From Vicinamibacterales bacterium (lineage in GTDB: Bacteria > Acidobacteriota > Vicinamibacteria > Vicinamibacterales > CAVVIG01), in the NCBI GenBank assembly GCA_035652075.1, contig DASREL010000056.1, forward strand, positions 28,888 through 52,887: DNA of 24,000 nucleotides, given 5' to 3'. This document shows, one piece after another, positions 7,959 through 16,190 of the stretch (the first letter of the stretch is position 1; each line of letters opens with the position of its first letter). The notes below the pieces were generated by a model that did no database searches, was not told the DNA's origin, and saw nothing but the letters and a program-made list of their open reading frames with translations. The position numbers were made by a program, and so were the translations under genes.

Positions 7959-8735
7959 ATGAATAGACGTGAACTGATTGCGGCGCTGACCGTCGCACCG
8001 GCGTTCGGTCGTGCGAAGGCTTTGGCGGCGGGGAACGTTGCGGACACATTTCCGATGCAAGACCGCGCCATGGTCCAGGAGATGGTCGTGGTGTCACACT
8101 TCAACGCAAGACGCGTCCGCGAACTGGTCGACGCGCATCCGGCGCTGGCGAGGGCCGCGATGGACTGGGGTTTCGGTGACTGGGAAGATGCGCTCGGCGC
8201 CGCCTCGCACGTCGGCAACCGCGAGATCGCCGACTATCTGCTGTCGCACGGCGCCCGGCCGACGATCTTTTCCGCGGCGATGCTCGGTCAGCTCGATGTC
8301 GTGAAGGCGTTCGTCACGGTGAATCCCGGAGCGCAGCGGATCGCCGGACCGCACAGCATCCACCTGCTCGCGCACGCGAAGGCAGGCGGTGCTGCGGCGA
8401 AACCGGTCTACGACTACTTGCTCGGCCTCGGCGACGCGAATGGCCCGGCCGTCGAACCGATCTCAGACGACGAGAAAGCCGCGCTTGCCGGGACCTACAC
8501 CTTCGGCAGCGGCGCGGCCGACCGCGTCGTCATCACCGTGGACAAAGGGGCGCTGATGTTCAATCGCCCCGGCATGCCGTATGCGCGCGGCCTGCTGCAT
8601 CTCGGTCGACGCGAGTTCTTCCCGATGGGCGCGTCGGCAGTGCGAATCACCTTTGACGCCGGGCCACGGCCCGCCACCGTCACCGTCCGTGACGGCGACG
8701 TCGTGGTCGTTATGTCTCGATATGCGGATCGATGA
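7959..8735 (+). CDS. Ankyrin-repeat protein with Tat-like signal and a C-terminal beta-rich domain
   Basis: N-terminus MNRRELIAALTVAPAFGRAKALAAG has a twin-Arg plus hydrophobic region. Ankyrin-type repeats (ALGAASHVGNREIADYLLSHGARP, AAMLGQLDVVKAFV). GGAGGG SD upstream. The 3' end overlaps the convergent gene by 26 bp. Confidence 0.75.
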   Translation: MNRRELIAALTVAPAFGRAKALAAGNVADTFPMQDRAMVQEMVVVSHFNARRVRELVDAHPALARAAMDWGFGDWEDALGAASHVGNREIADYLLSHGARPTIFSAAMLGQLDVVKAFVTVNPGAQRIAGPHSIHLLAHAKAGGAAAKPVYDYLLGLGDANGPAVEPISDDEKAALAGTYTFGSGAADRVVITVDKGALMFNRPGMPYARGLLHLGRREFFPMGASAVRITFDAGPRPATVTVRDGDVVVVMSRYADR

Positions 8736-9231
8736 GCACGCCGTCGATGTTGAGAACGACTTTGAAGAACCCATTCGCGCCGTGCGGCTGCACCGGTCCT
8801 GACACGACGTAGTGCTCCGCCTTGCCGAACGGCAATTCGCGGTAGAACGGGTTGTTCGGGCCGGCGTACTTCTTCACTTTGGCGGCATCCGGCGCGTGGT
8901 CGGGATCCGGCTTGATGTCGTAGATGGAAAACTTGTGGCGCTCGCAATACCACAGAATCATGTCTTGTTTCTCGGGTGACAACCTCACGACGGTCGGATC
9001 GTGCGCGCCGTGTTTGTGCGAGTGCACTTCGATGATGACGCCGCCGTGGTAGTGCCCGGCTTTATTGCCGATGACGATGATGTCGGTGGGCGCCGGCGGA
9101 TGTTTCATCGACTGAATGTGCCTGACGGCCTCATCCGTCGTCGTCACATGACCGGGCATGACGAAGATCTCGACCGGCTGTACGAGCGACAGAATCTCCA
9201 CGGGCGGCGCGTGATGGTGAAGCTGGGGCAT
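8710..9231 (-). CDS. Hypothetical His-rich cytoplasmic protein (no recognised family)
   Basis: Perfect AAGGAG SD 6 nt upstream of the ATG. GC3-rich codons. 17 His in 173 aa, including HHH, GHYH and VHSHKHGAH. No signal peptide. It is the last gene of the minus-strand MCO-kinase run. Confidence 0.6.
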   Translation of the reverse strand: MPQLHHHAPPVEILSLVQPVEIFVMPGHVTTTDEAVRHIQSMKHPPAPTDIIVIGNKAGHYHGGVIIEVHSHKHGAHDPTVVRLSPEKQDMILWYCERHKFSIYDIKPDPDHAPDAAKVKKYAGPNNPFYRELPFGKAEHYVVSGPVQPHGANGFFKVVLNIDGVLIDPHIET

Positions 9232-9248
9232 CGGCGGCTCCTTGGTAG

Positions 9249-11837
9249 CTACTGGTTTACGCGGTGGACGAGGCGCTGAAAGCTCAGGTTTGGACGAAGA
9301 TTATCGAGGTCCGGCCAGGCAGTCAGCTCCGCCGGCGGGAGTTGGCGATCGACGGCCTGCGACAACAGGTGCAGCGCCCGCGCCTCGTCATGCAGCGAGT
9401 TATACGCCAGCGCGGCGAAGAACAACCGGTGCGGGTCGGTCTCATGGGCGACTTGCGCCGCGTCGAGGTGCGCCAGGCTCTCGGATCGGCGTCCGAGTTT
9501 CGCCATGTACTCGGCCATCAGCAGGTGCAGATCGACATCATGGGGATTCACGGCGAGTTCCCGCTCGCCGTCGGCGATCGCGCGTTCGAACGTGACCGTC
9601 GCCTGCGTTTTGTCGCCGGCCCAGTAGTACGCGCGCGCGAGATTGCCCAGCCGGCGCGCATCGGGGGCGAGACGGCACGCTTCTTCGAGCATCGACGCCG
9701 ACTCGGGGAAACGGCGAAGGTAGTAATACGCGACGCCCCAGTTTGCGTAGGCGCCCGGCGTGGGACCGAGCGAGACCGATTTGCGAAAGGCGCCGATCGC
9801 GTCTTCGTAGCGGCCGAGGAGGAGATACACGCCCCCGAGCGCGTAGTAGGCCCTCGCGTTGTCCGGCGTCAGCGACACGGCAGCCTGATACTGCTGCACC
9901 GACTCGCCGTACCGCGCCTGATCGCGATAGAAGATCGCCAGCCACTCGTGCGTCGCCCAATACTGCGGCCGCAGGTCGACGGCGCGACGATAGGTCTGCT
10001 CGGCGGCGCTCACGTTGCCGGCGCCCTGCTGCGCGCGCGCGAGGCCGAGATACGCTTCGTCGTTGGTCGGTTCGCGATCGACGGCCCGCGCGAAATCATC
10101 GGCCGCCGCCGTGTATTCGCCGGTGCCGAGGCGGACGGTGCCGCGGCAGACGTACCCGGCTGGTGCCGCAGCGTCGAGACCGAGCGCGCGGTCGCAGGCG
10201 TCGCGCGCGAGCGGCACCCAGGACGGATCTTTCGTCGCCGTGTATTTCTGCCAGTACGCGCTGCCGACGCCGGCGAAGGCGAGGGCGTACTTCGCGTCGA
10301 GCGCGATCGCGCGCGTGAAGAGATCGATCGCCGTGTCGACGTGGCCCGGCTTCTCGTAGTCGAGCAGATAGCCGCGTCCCTGCAAGTACAACTCGTGCGC
10401 GCCAGGAACTTGCGTTTCGTGTGCGGTGAGCGCCTCGCGCTCCGGGCCGTTCAGCTTCAGCTCGAGTGCCGTGACCGCCCACTCGGTCACACGGTCCTGG
10501 ACCGAAAACGGATCCGACGCGGCGGCGGTCAGCGAGACGGCATCCAACTGGCGGGACGAGTCGGCGTCGACCAGCGCGTAGTTGATCCGCATCGTCTCGC
10601 CCGCGCGCAAGATGGCGCCTTCGAGGATCAGCGTCGCGCCGAAACTCGCGCGCGCCGCTGACGCGTTTGCGACGCCACGCTGGCGGACCTCGAACGTCGA
10701 CGTCAGCTGCAGGCCGCGCGCGAGAACGAGCGGTGCGATCTTGGCGCTCAGGGTGTCGGCGAGCCCATCGCAGTACGCCTGCGCCTGCGAATCGTTTGCC
10801 GAGGTGCAGGGCAGCACGACCAGGCTTCGCACCGTTTTTGCTTGGCGCTGCCAGCCGACGTACGCCGCCGCGACGGCCGCCACGATCACGATCGCCGCCG
10901 CCGTCACCTCGAGCCATCGTCTGCGGCGCGTGGCGGGCGTGGCTGCGGTGCCAGAGCCGCGCGATCCGCTGGCGCTCCAGGCGAGATCGCGCGCGAGGTC
11001 GGCGGCGCTCTGCCAGCGATCCTGCGGCCGCTTCTTCAGGCACAATCCGACCGCGCGATCGAGATCCGCCGTCGCGTTGCGCGACGCTTCGAGCAGCGAT
11101 TCCGGCTCGCCGTACAGAATCGCGTGCACGACCTCGGCTTCGCTCGTCTTGGCAAACGGATGCCGGCCGGTGAACATCTCGAAGAGCACGAGGCCGAGCG
11201 AGAAGAGATCGGTCCGCGCGTCGCACGGATGCCCTTCGAGTTGCTCGGGCGCCATGTAGGCGAACGTGCCGACGATCGTTCCCGTGCTGCTGATGTTGTC
11301 GGGCGGCCGGACGCCGTCAACGGTCGACAAATCGCCGACGAGCGCCGGGACATCCAGTTGGTCGCGCAGCTTCGCCAGGCCGAAGTCGAGCAGTTTCAGT
11401 CCCGAGTCGGTCAGCATCACGTTGCTCGGCTTGATGTCGCGATGGACGATCCCTTCCTGATGCGCGCGCGCGACCGCTTCGGCGAGGGCAGCCGCGTGCC
11501 GCAGCGCCTCGTCGAACGGCAGCGGACCGCGGCGCAGGCGCGACGACAGCGTCTCGCCCTGGAGATACTCCATGACGAGGTACTCGACGCCGTCCTGCGA
11601 ACCGACGTCGTACAGCGCGCAGATGTTCGGATGATTCAAACGGCCGACCGCGCGCGCTTCGCGCTCGAAGCGGATGCGGCGTTCGTCCTGCCTGGCGGCG
11701 TCAGCGGAGAGAATCTTGATCGCGACCGTGCGGCCGATGCGCGCGTCGGTCGCGCGGTAGACCTCGCCCATCCCGCCGCGTCCGAGCAGCGCGACGAGCT
11801 CGTACGGTCCCAGGCGTGTGCCCGGTACAAGAGCCAT
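9249..11837 (-). CDS. Receptor-type Hanks Ser/Thr protein kinase with TM helix, sensor module and C-terminal TPR repeats
   Basis: Kinase motifs GRGGMGEVYRA, VAIK, HRDIKPSNVML, DFGLAK and GTFAYMAPEQ. TM helix WLEVTAAAIVIVAAVAAAYVGW. VVLPC...GLADTL module. Multiple TPR-like repeats (AYLGLARAQ, AYYALGGVYLLLGRYEDAI and others). Confidence 0.92.
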   Translation of the reverse strand: MALVPGTRLGPYELVALLGRGGMGEVYRATDARIGRTVAIKILSADAARQDERRIRFEREARAVGRLNHPNICALYDVGSQDGVEYLVMEYLQGETLSSRLRRGPLPFDEALRHAAALAEAVARAHQEGIVHRDIKPSNVMLTDSGLKLLDFGLAKLRDQLDVPALVGDLSTVDGVRPPDNISSTGTIVGTFAYMAPEQLEGHPCDARTDLFSLGLVLFEMFTGRHPFAKTSEAEVVHAILYGEPESLLEASRNATADLDRAVGLCLKKRPQDRWQSAADLARDLAWSASGSRGSGTAATPATRRRRWLEVTAAAIVIVAAVAAAYVGWQRQAKTVRSLVVLPCTSANDSQAQAYCDGLADTLSAKIAPLVLARGLQLTSTFEVRQRGVANASAARASFGATLILEGAILRAGETMRINYALVDADSSRQLDAVSLTAAASDPFSVQDRVTEWAVTALELKLNGPEREALTAHETQVPGAHELYLQGRGYLLDYEKPGHVDTAIDLFTRAIALDAKYALAFAGVGSAYWQKYTATKDPSWVPLARDACDRALGLDAAAPAGYVCRGTVRLGTGEYTAAADDFARAVDREPTNDEAYLGLARAQQGAGNVSAAEQTYRRAVDLRPQYWATHEWLAIFYRDQARYGESVQQYQAAVSLTPDNARAYYALGGVYLLLGRYEDAIGAFRKSVSLGPTPGAYANWGVAYYYLRRFPESASMLEEACRLAPDARRLGNLARAYYWAGDKTQATVTFERAIADGERELAVNPHDVDLHLLMAEYMAKLGRRSESLAHLDAAQVAHETDPHRLFFAALAYNSLHDEARALHLLSQAVDRQLPPAELTAWPDLDNLRPNLSFQRLVHRVNQ

Positions 11838-11855
11838 TTGTGGAAGGCGGCAATC

Positions 11856-12956
11856 TTACGCGAAAACGTGGGCGAGCGCGGTGCGCCGCGGCGACCAGAG
11901 CGCGACCAGCAGTTGAATGTCGGCGCCGAGCGTCGCGGCGCTCACGATCGGTCCCCAGACGAAGGTACGGACCGACGGCGCGAGTATCGCCGGAACGACG
12001 GCGATGACCGCACCCACCACGAGGGCGCGGCCGATGGCGGTCCACGTGACGCGCGTCGCGCACGATGACCAGAATGCGGGCAGCACCGCGCGCAGCGACA
12101 CCACGACGAACAGCGTTTGGAAGAGCGGCGCGACGATCGCGTCCTGTCCCTTGGACGCCGCGTCGGCGGCGAGCAGTCCGGCCGCCGTCACGTGGCACGC
12201 GACGGCGAACGCCGCCGCCACCGCCACCGTCGCCGTGTCGGCCGAGGAGGTGCGTCGCGCGCCGGCTTGCAGCAGCAATCCGCCGATGAGCGCGATGACG
12301 GCGCTGACGATGACCGACGAGGTGCCGTGCCACGTCGTCGGCGGCAGCAGCATCGCCATGTCCGCGTTCGTCATGATGCCTTGCAGCACCTGCCACACGA
12401 CAACGACCGAGACCAGCACGAGCGCGGCGTCGCGCCAGCCGGGCGCGATCGGCAGTGTCCGCCGAAGGCCGACCGTGATCAGCAGCATCGCCGCGACGCT
12501 GGCGACGGCGAGCATCATCAGTTGACGTGACGGCACGGCGCGCCAGGATCGCAGCGGGATGCGGTACAGACTGTTTTCCGGCGTCAGCTCGAACGGCATC
12601 GTCGCGCCGAGCGACGTGACGAGGTTCACTGTGATCGGATCGCTTTGATCCCATTCGTACGGAATCACGAGCGTCGCTCGCGCATTCGGCGCGAGCGTCG
12701 CGGTCGGATCCATACGAAACGCCCAGTACGCCGAGTCCACTTGCACCTGCGCGATCGTCATCGTCAGGTTGTCGAGGTTTGCGAGCGTCAGGTGGAGGCC
12801 GTCGCTCTGAACGTCGAAATCCTCGAGGTGGATGCGATCGGTCGACGGGAACAGCGGCTTCGACGCGGACGAGAAGGACGCCGGCGAGCGATACAAGAGC
12901 GCGGCGGCGACGCACGCCACGACCACGAGAGCGATGCCGGCGCGGGTCGGCGTCAT
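11856..12956 (-). CDS. Polytopic integral membrane protein with N-terminal extracytoplasmic domain (unknown function)
   Basis: The ATG at 12956 overlaps the MCO stop (ATGA). N-terminal TM helix (IALVVVACVAAALLY), then a soluble segment of about 110 aa, then about 7 hydrophobic helices. Strong GC3 bias. The part of track ORF 11856..13646 upstream of this ATG overlaps the MCO gene and is discarded. Confidence 0.65.
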   Translation of the reverse strand: MTPTRAGIALVVVACVAAALLYRSPASFSSASKPLFPSTDRIHLEDFDVQSDGLHLTLANLDNLTMTIAQVQVDSAYWAFRMDPTATLAPNARATLVIPYEWDQSDPITVNLVTSLGATMPFELTPENSLYRIPLRSWRAVPSRQLMMLAVASVAAMLLITVGLRRTLPIAPGWRDAALVLVSVVVVWQVLQGIMTNADMAMLLPPTTWHGTSSVIVSAVIALIGGLLLQAGARRTSSADTATVAVAAAFAVACHVTAAGLLAADAASKGQDAIVAPLFQTLFVVVSLRAVLPAFWSSCATRVTWTAIGRALVVGAVIAVVPAILAPSVRTFVWGPIVSAATLGADIQLLVALWSPRRTALAHVFA

Positions 12957-13945
12957 GCCGGTTCGGCCCGGAACAGTCCCATCCATCCGAGTTCGGCGAA
13001 TTCGCTTTGGTGCGCGTGGAACATGTAGTCGCCCGGCGATCGAAACGTCACCTCGAGGCGCGCGCGCTCGCCCTGGCAGAGCATCAGCGTGTCGGCGTGT
13101 GCGTCCGGCTGTGGAAGCGTCCCCGTGCGATAGACGTCGAAGAAATGCCCGTGCAGGTGAAAGCTGTTGATCGGATCGAATTCGGTGACGTTGATGAGGA
13201 AGATCCGCACCGGACGACCGACGCGGACGCGGACAGGGTCGTGCATGAAATGGTGCGCGACCGTGTTGACGGCGTAGAACTCGTTTTTGCCGTCCGTGTT
13301 CGTGTCGAAGGCGTTCATCACCATCACGAGCTCGTCGGCGGCCGGCCGCGCCTCGCGTGGATCGACGATGAACGCGCCGTAGAGGCCTTTGTGGATGTGC
13401 CGCTTGAACGGCTCGACGTGGCAGTTGTAGAAGTGCACGCCCGCCGGGTCTGCGCGAAACGCATACGTGAACGTCGCGCCGGGTGCGATCGCCTGCGAGG
13501 GCAGCGAGCCGTCCATGTCGGCGGCGTGCCACCCGTGGAAATGGATCGAATGCGGATGCGCGCTGCGGTTCTCGAAGGTGACGCGGATCTCGTCGCCGAC
13601 CGTCGCGCGTAGCGTCGGTCCGGGCACCTGGCCGTTGTACGTCCACGCCTCGAACTTCACCCCAGGCGCCACCTCGATCGTCTTCGGGGCCGCGTAGATC
13701 TGATACTCGCGAAGCATCGTCCCATCGGGGCGTCGCGTTTCGCGGTAATACTTCGCGCGCTCAGGAGCAGGGAGATCCGAAAAATTCCAGGTTCGAAGAA
13801 ATGCGGTGGGATCGATCGACGCATCTGTCACGCGCCCGACGAGGCCCATCCGCCCATGCGGTTCGTGGGTCGGCGCTTGTGTCGCGCCGAACCCAAGACC
13901 GCTCAGTGCCAGGATCGCGCGCCGCGTCCAGCGTGTGCCGCTCAC
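12953..13945 (-). CDS. Tat-exported two-domain multicopper oxidase / NirK-like cupredoxin protein
   Basis: Twin-arginine signal TRRAILALSGLGFGATQA. Copper-ligand motifs AHPHSIHFHGWH, FYNCHVEPFKRHIHKGLYG, FHLHGH and FHAHQSEFAELGWMG. I placed the start at the GTG at 13945, downstream of the terminator hairpin. In-frame ATGs at 13993 and 14014 are alternatives. Confidence 0.85.
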   Translation of the reverse strand: MSGTRWTRRAILALSGLGFGATQAPTHEPHGRMGLVGRVTDASIDPTAFLRTWNFSDLPAPERAKYYRETRRPDGTMLREYQIYAAPKTIEVAPGVKFEAWTYNGQVPGPTLRATVGDEIRVTFENRSAHPHSIHFHGWHAADMDGSLPSQAIAPGATFTYAFRADPAGVHFYNCHVEPFKRHIHKGLYGAFIVDPREARPAADELVMVMNAFDTNTDGKNEFYAVNTVAHHFMHDPVRVRVGRPVRIFLINVTEFDPINSFHLHGHFFDVYRTGTLPQPDAHADTLMLCQGERARLEVTFRSPGDYMFHAHQSEFAELGWMGLFRAEPA

Positions 13946-13962
13946 GCGAGCGAGCGTACAAC

Positions 13963-13990
13963 AAAAAAGGCCGGCGGTTGCCCGCCGGCC
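13963..13990 (-). terminator. Rho-independent terminator downstream of the radical SAM gene
   Basis: On the minus strand: GGCCGGCGG-GCAA-CCGCCGGCC followed by TTTTTT. This is a perfect 9-bp GC stem with a 4-nt loop and a T-tract, about 30 nt after the stop codon. Confidence 0.7.
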
Positions 13991-13993
13991 CAT

Positions 13994-14021
13994 GCAGCAA
14001 TCAGCATTCAGCAATCAGCAA
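13994..14021 (-). repeat. 7-bp tandem repeat, 4 units (minus strand TTGCTGA TTGCTGA ATGCTGA TTGCTGC)
   Basis: Read directly from the sequence. It starts at the base after the radical SAM TAA stop and ends 3 nt before the terminator stem. Confidence 0.85.
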
Positions 14022-16130
14022 TTACACGATCGGCTTGTGGAGGACCTGCTGCGGCTCTGACGACTTCTTCTTGCCGCCGAGACCTTGAATCTGCAGCGTC
14101 GGCTGCTCTTTGAGGACGTGCTGGCGATACAGCTTGGCCATCTCCTCGTGGTACTTCGGATCGAGCTGCTTCTCGTGTTCTTTCGCGCGCGCCATCAACT
14201 GTTCCTCGCGCGCGTTCTTCGCGATGCCGAGCTCGTCGAGGTCGGTCTGCGCGCCGGCGCGGACCGCTTCTTCGTTCAGCTTCAGCGAGTGCTCGGTCGA
14301 ATTGAGCGGCACCGCCTTGTTGCCGGCGAAGATCTCGTGACGACCGTGCTCTTCGTACCACTTGGTGAGCGTCGCCGTCATGTGCATCTTCTCGATGATG
14401 TTGCGCCAGCCGATGCCGGTGTTGTACGCGCAGAAGGAGATTTCGCCCTGCTGCGTGGCATACGGGATGATGCACATCTCGGTGCGGCGGAAGTCGTAGT
14501 TGAAGAGATCCTGGAACCACATCCCGGCGACGAACAGGAAGTTCCAGCGGTCCGCGCGGCGCTTCGCGATGTCCTGCGCCGTGCGATCGCCTTCGACGCG
14601 TCCGTACTTGCCCGCTTCGGCCGACTTCGTCGCGCCGAACGTCTTGTCGAATTTCTTCAACAGGTCGCTCAGCTTGAAGTGCGTCGGCGAGTTGAACGAA
14701 TCGTAGTTGCGCATCAGCGCGAGCGCCATGCCGACGTTCGACCAGAAGCGGCTGCGTCCGGCGTCCGTCACCGCGGCGACGTCTTTCGCGAGCTGCTCGG
14801 CCTTGAGGAACTTCGTGACCGGCACCGCTTCTTTGGTTTCCTTGTCGATCATCAGCGCCATGCCGACGCCGCAGTTCGGGTGGCAGCCGCACGTCAGCTG
14901 ACCGAATTCCTTCTCGGCGCCGTGCGTCACGTCGGCCCAGTCGGTGAAGGTGCCCATGAACGAGATCGGGAACCAGTCGCGCGTCGGCTCGCCGAGGCCC
15001 GTCTGATCCTTCACGTCATGCGCCAGGTGCGACAGCGTGTAGCGCTGCGCGTGCCGCCGTTCGTCGGTGATCTCTTCGTCGCGGCCGGTAAAGCTGACCG
15101 GCTGGAACGACAGGAAGTTGATCTTCTTCGGGTTGTCGAGCGCGAACTCGATGATGCGGCCGACCTGCTCGTTGTTGACGCCGTTGACGATCGTCACGAC
15201 GGGGACGATGTCGACGCCGGCGTTGTAGAGGTTTTCGATCGCGCGCAGCTTGACGTCGAAGAGGTTGCCGACGCGGCGATGCGCGTTGGCAGCGTTGCCG
15301 ATGCCGTCGAACTGCAGGTACGCGTAGCGCAGGCCCGCTTCGGCCGCCTGTTTCGCGAACTCAGGATTCTTGGCGAACTCGATGCCGTTGGTGGCCGCCT
15401 GGACCGAGTTGTAGCCGACCTTGCGCGCGTAACGGACCGCGTCGAGGAAGTACGGTGAAATCGTCGGCTCGCCGCCCGAGAACTGCACCGACATCTGGCG
15501 GCGCGGTTTGATGCTGATCGCGTTGTCCAGCACCATCTTGATGTCTTCCCACGACAGCTCGTGGACGAACCCGACCTGGTTCGCGTCCATGAAGCAGGGA
15601 TCGCACATCATGTTGCAGCGGTTCGTCAGATCGACGGTCAGCACGGCGCCGCGGCCGTGCTTGATCGTCGACGAGCCGTGGTTGTGCAGCTTCTCGTCGT
15701 TGTGGGCGCGGATGTCGCGGCCCGGAAACACTTCTTCGAGGTGCTTGAAGAACGCCGTGTCGATCGCCATCACGTCCTCGAAGTGGCCGTGGATCGGGCA
15801 GTCCTTCACCATCAGGATCTTGCCGTCGCGTTCGAGAATCGTCGCCTTGATCTCGCCGACCTTCTCGTTCAACAGCACGCTGACGTCTTTCTTGCCGTCG
15901 AGAATTTCCTTGCGCGCTTCGCGGACGCACACCGGACAGAGCGAGTCGGTTTCGCGCGGCCAGCCGAGCGGCGGCTTGGTCTTCTCGTACGATTTCAACA
16001 ACGGCTTGTCGGACCACTTCGGCGTGAACGACGGAGCCTGATTAATCTTGTTCAAGTTGTTGAAGACGGTCCATGCGCCGTTGGCGGCGATCTGGAGCCC
16101 CTTCTCGACGTACTTAATCGGCTTGTGCAT
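14022..16130 (-). CDS. Radical SAM enzyme with N-terminal Zn-ribbon/rubredoxin-like element; COG1964 / MJ0619 (Tes, GDGT-MAS)-like candidate
   Basis: CNMMCDPC (CxxxCxxC) at residues 172-179. VQFSGGEPT SAM-binding segment. N-terminal SLCPVC...DCPIHGH metal-binding pairs. C-terminal Cys clusters LTCGCHPNCG and EMCIIPY...SFCAYNTG. The subfamily assignment comes from remembered motif architecture, not from a search. Confidence 0.85.
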   Translation of the reverse strand: MHKPIKYVEKGLQIAANGAWTVFNNLNKINQAPSFTPKWSDKPLLKSYEKTKPPLGWPRETDSLCPVCVREARKEILDGKKDVSVLLNEKVGEIKATILERDGKILMVKDCPIHGHFEDVMAIDTAFFKHLEEVFPGRDIRAHNDEKLHNHGSSTIKHGRGAVLTVDLTNRCNMMCDPCFMDANQVGFVHELSWEDIKMVLDNAISIKPRRQMSVQFSGGEPTISPYFLDAVRYARKVGYNSVQAATNGIEFAKNPEFAKQAAEAGLRYAYLQFDGIGNAANAHRRVGNLFDVKLRAIENLYNAGVDIVPVVTIVNGVNNEQVGRIIEFALDNPKKINFLSFQPVSFTGRDEEITDERRHAQRYTLSHLAHDVKDQTGLGEPTRDWFPISFMGTFTDWADVTHGAEKEFGQLTCGCHPNCGVGMALMIDKETKEAVPVTKFLKAEQLAKDVAAVTDAGRSRFWSNVGMALALMRNYDSFNSPTHFKLSDLLKKFDKTFGATKSAEAGKYGRVEGDRTAQDIAKRRADRWNFLFVAGMWFQDLFNYDFRRTEMCIIPYATQQGEISFCAYNTGIGWRNIIEKMHMTATLTKWYEEHGRHEIFAGNKAVPLNSTEHSLKLNEEAVRAGAQTDLDELGIAKNAREEQLMARAKEHEKQLDPKYHEEMAKLYRQHVLKEQPTLQIQGLGGKKKSSEPQQVLHKPIV

Positions 16131-16142
16131 GCCGTAAATATT

Positions 16143-16190
16143 AGAAGAGAAAAGGGTTGCCCGATTACACTTTCAGCGAACGGGCAACCC
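16143..16190 (-). terminator. GC-rich hairpin plus T-rich tract between the cupin gene and the radical SAM gene (terminator or attenuator)
   Basis: On the minus strand: GGGTTGCCCG, a 17-nt loop, CGGGCAACCC, then TTTTCTCTTCT. The 10-bp stem extends to 11 bp with a flanking A-T pair. The loop is larger than in classic terminators. The element ends 12 nt before the radical SAM ATG. Confidence 0.45.

Noticed and set aside
9264-12068. Several long ORFs (9264..10661 +, 10842..12068 +, 10096..11226 -, 9538..9960 -) overlapping the Ser/Thr kinase gene.
   Set aside because: All are Arg/Ala/Gly-rich shadow or out-of-frame ORFs. Only the 9249..11837 minus frame has the Hanks kinase motifs and TPR repeats.
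11701-13646. ORF 11701..12915 (404 aa), and the upstream part of track ORF 11856..13646 beyond the ATG at 12956.
   Set aside because: Both are extremely Arg-rich. The extension overlaps the oxidase gene out of frame. The ATG at 12956, in an ATGA overlap, gives a coherent membrane protein.
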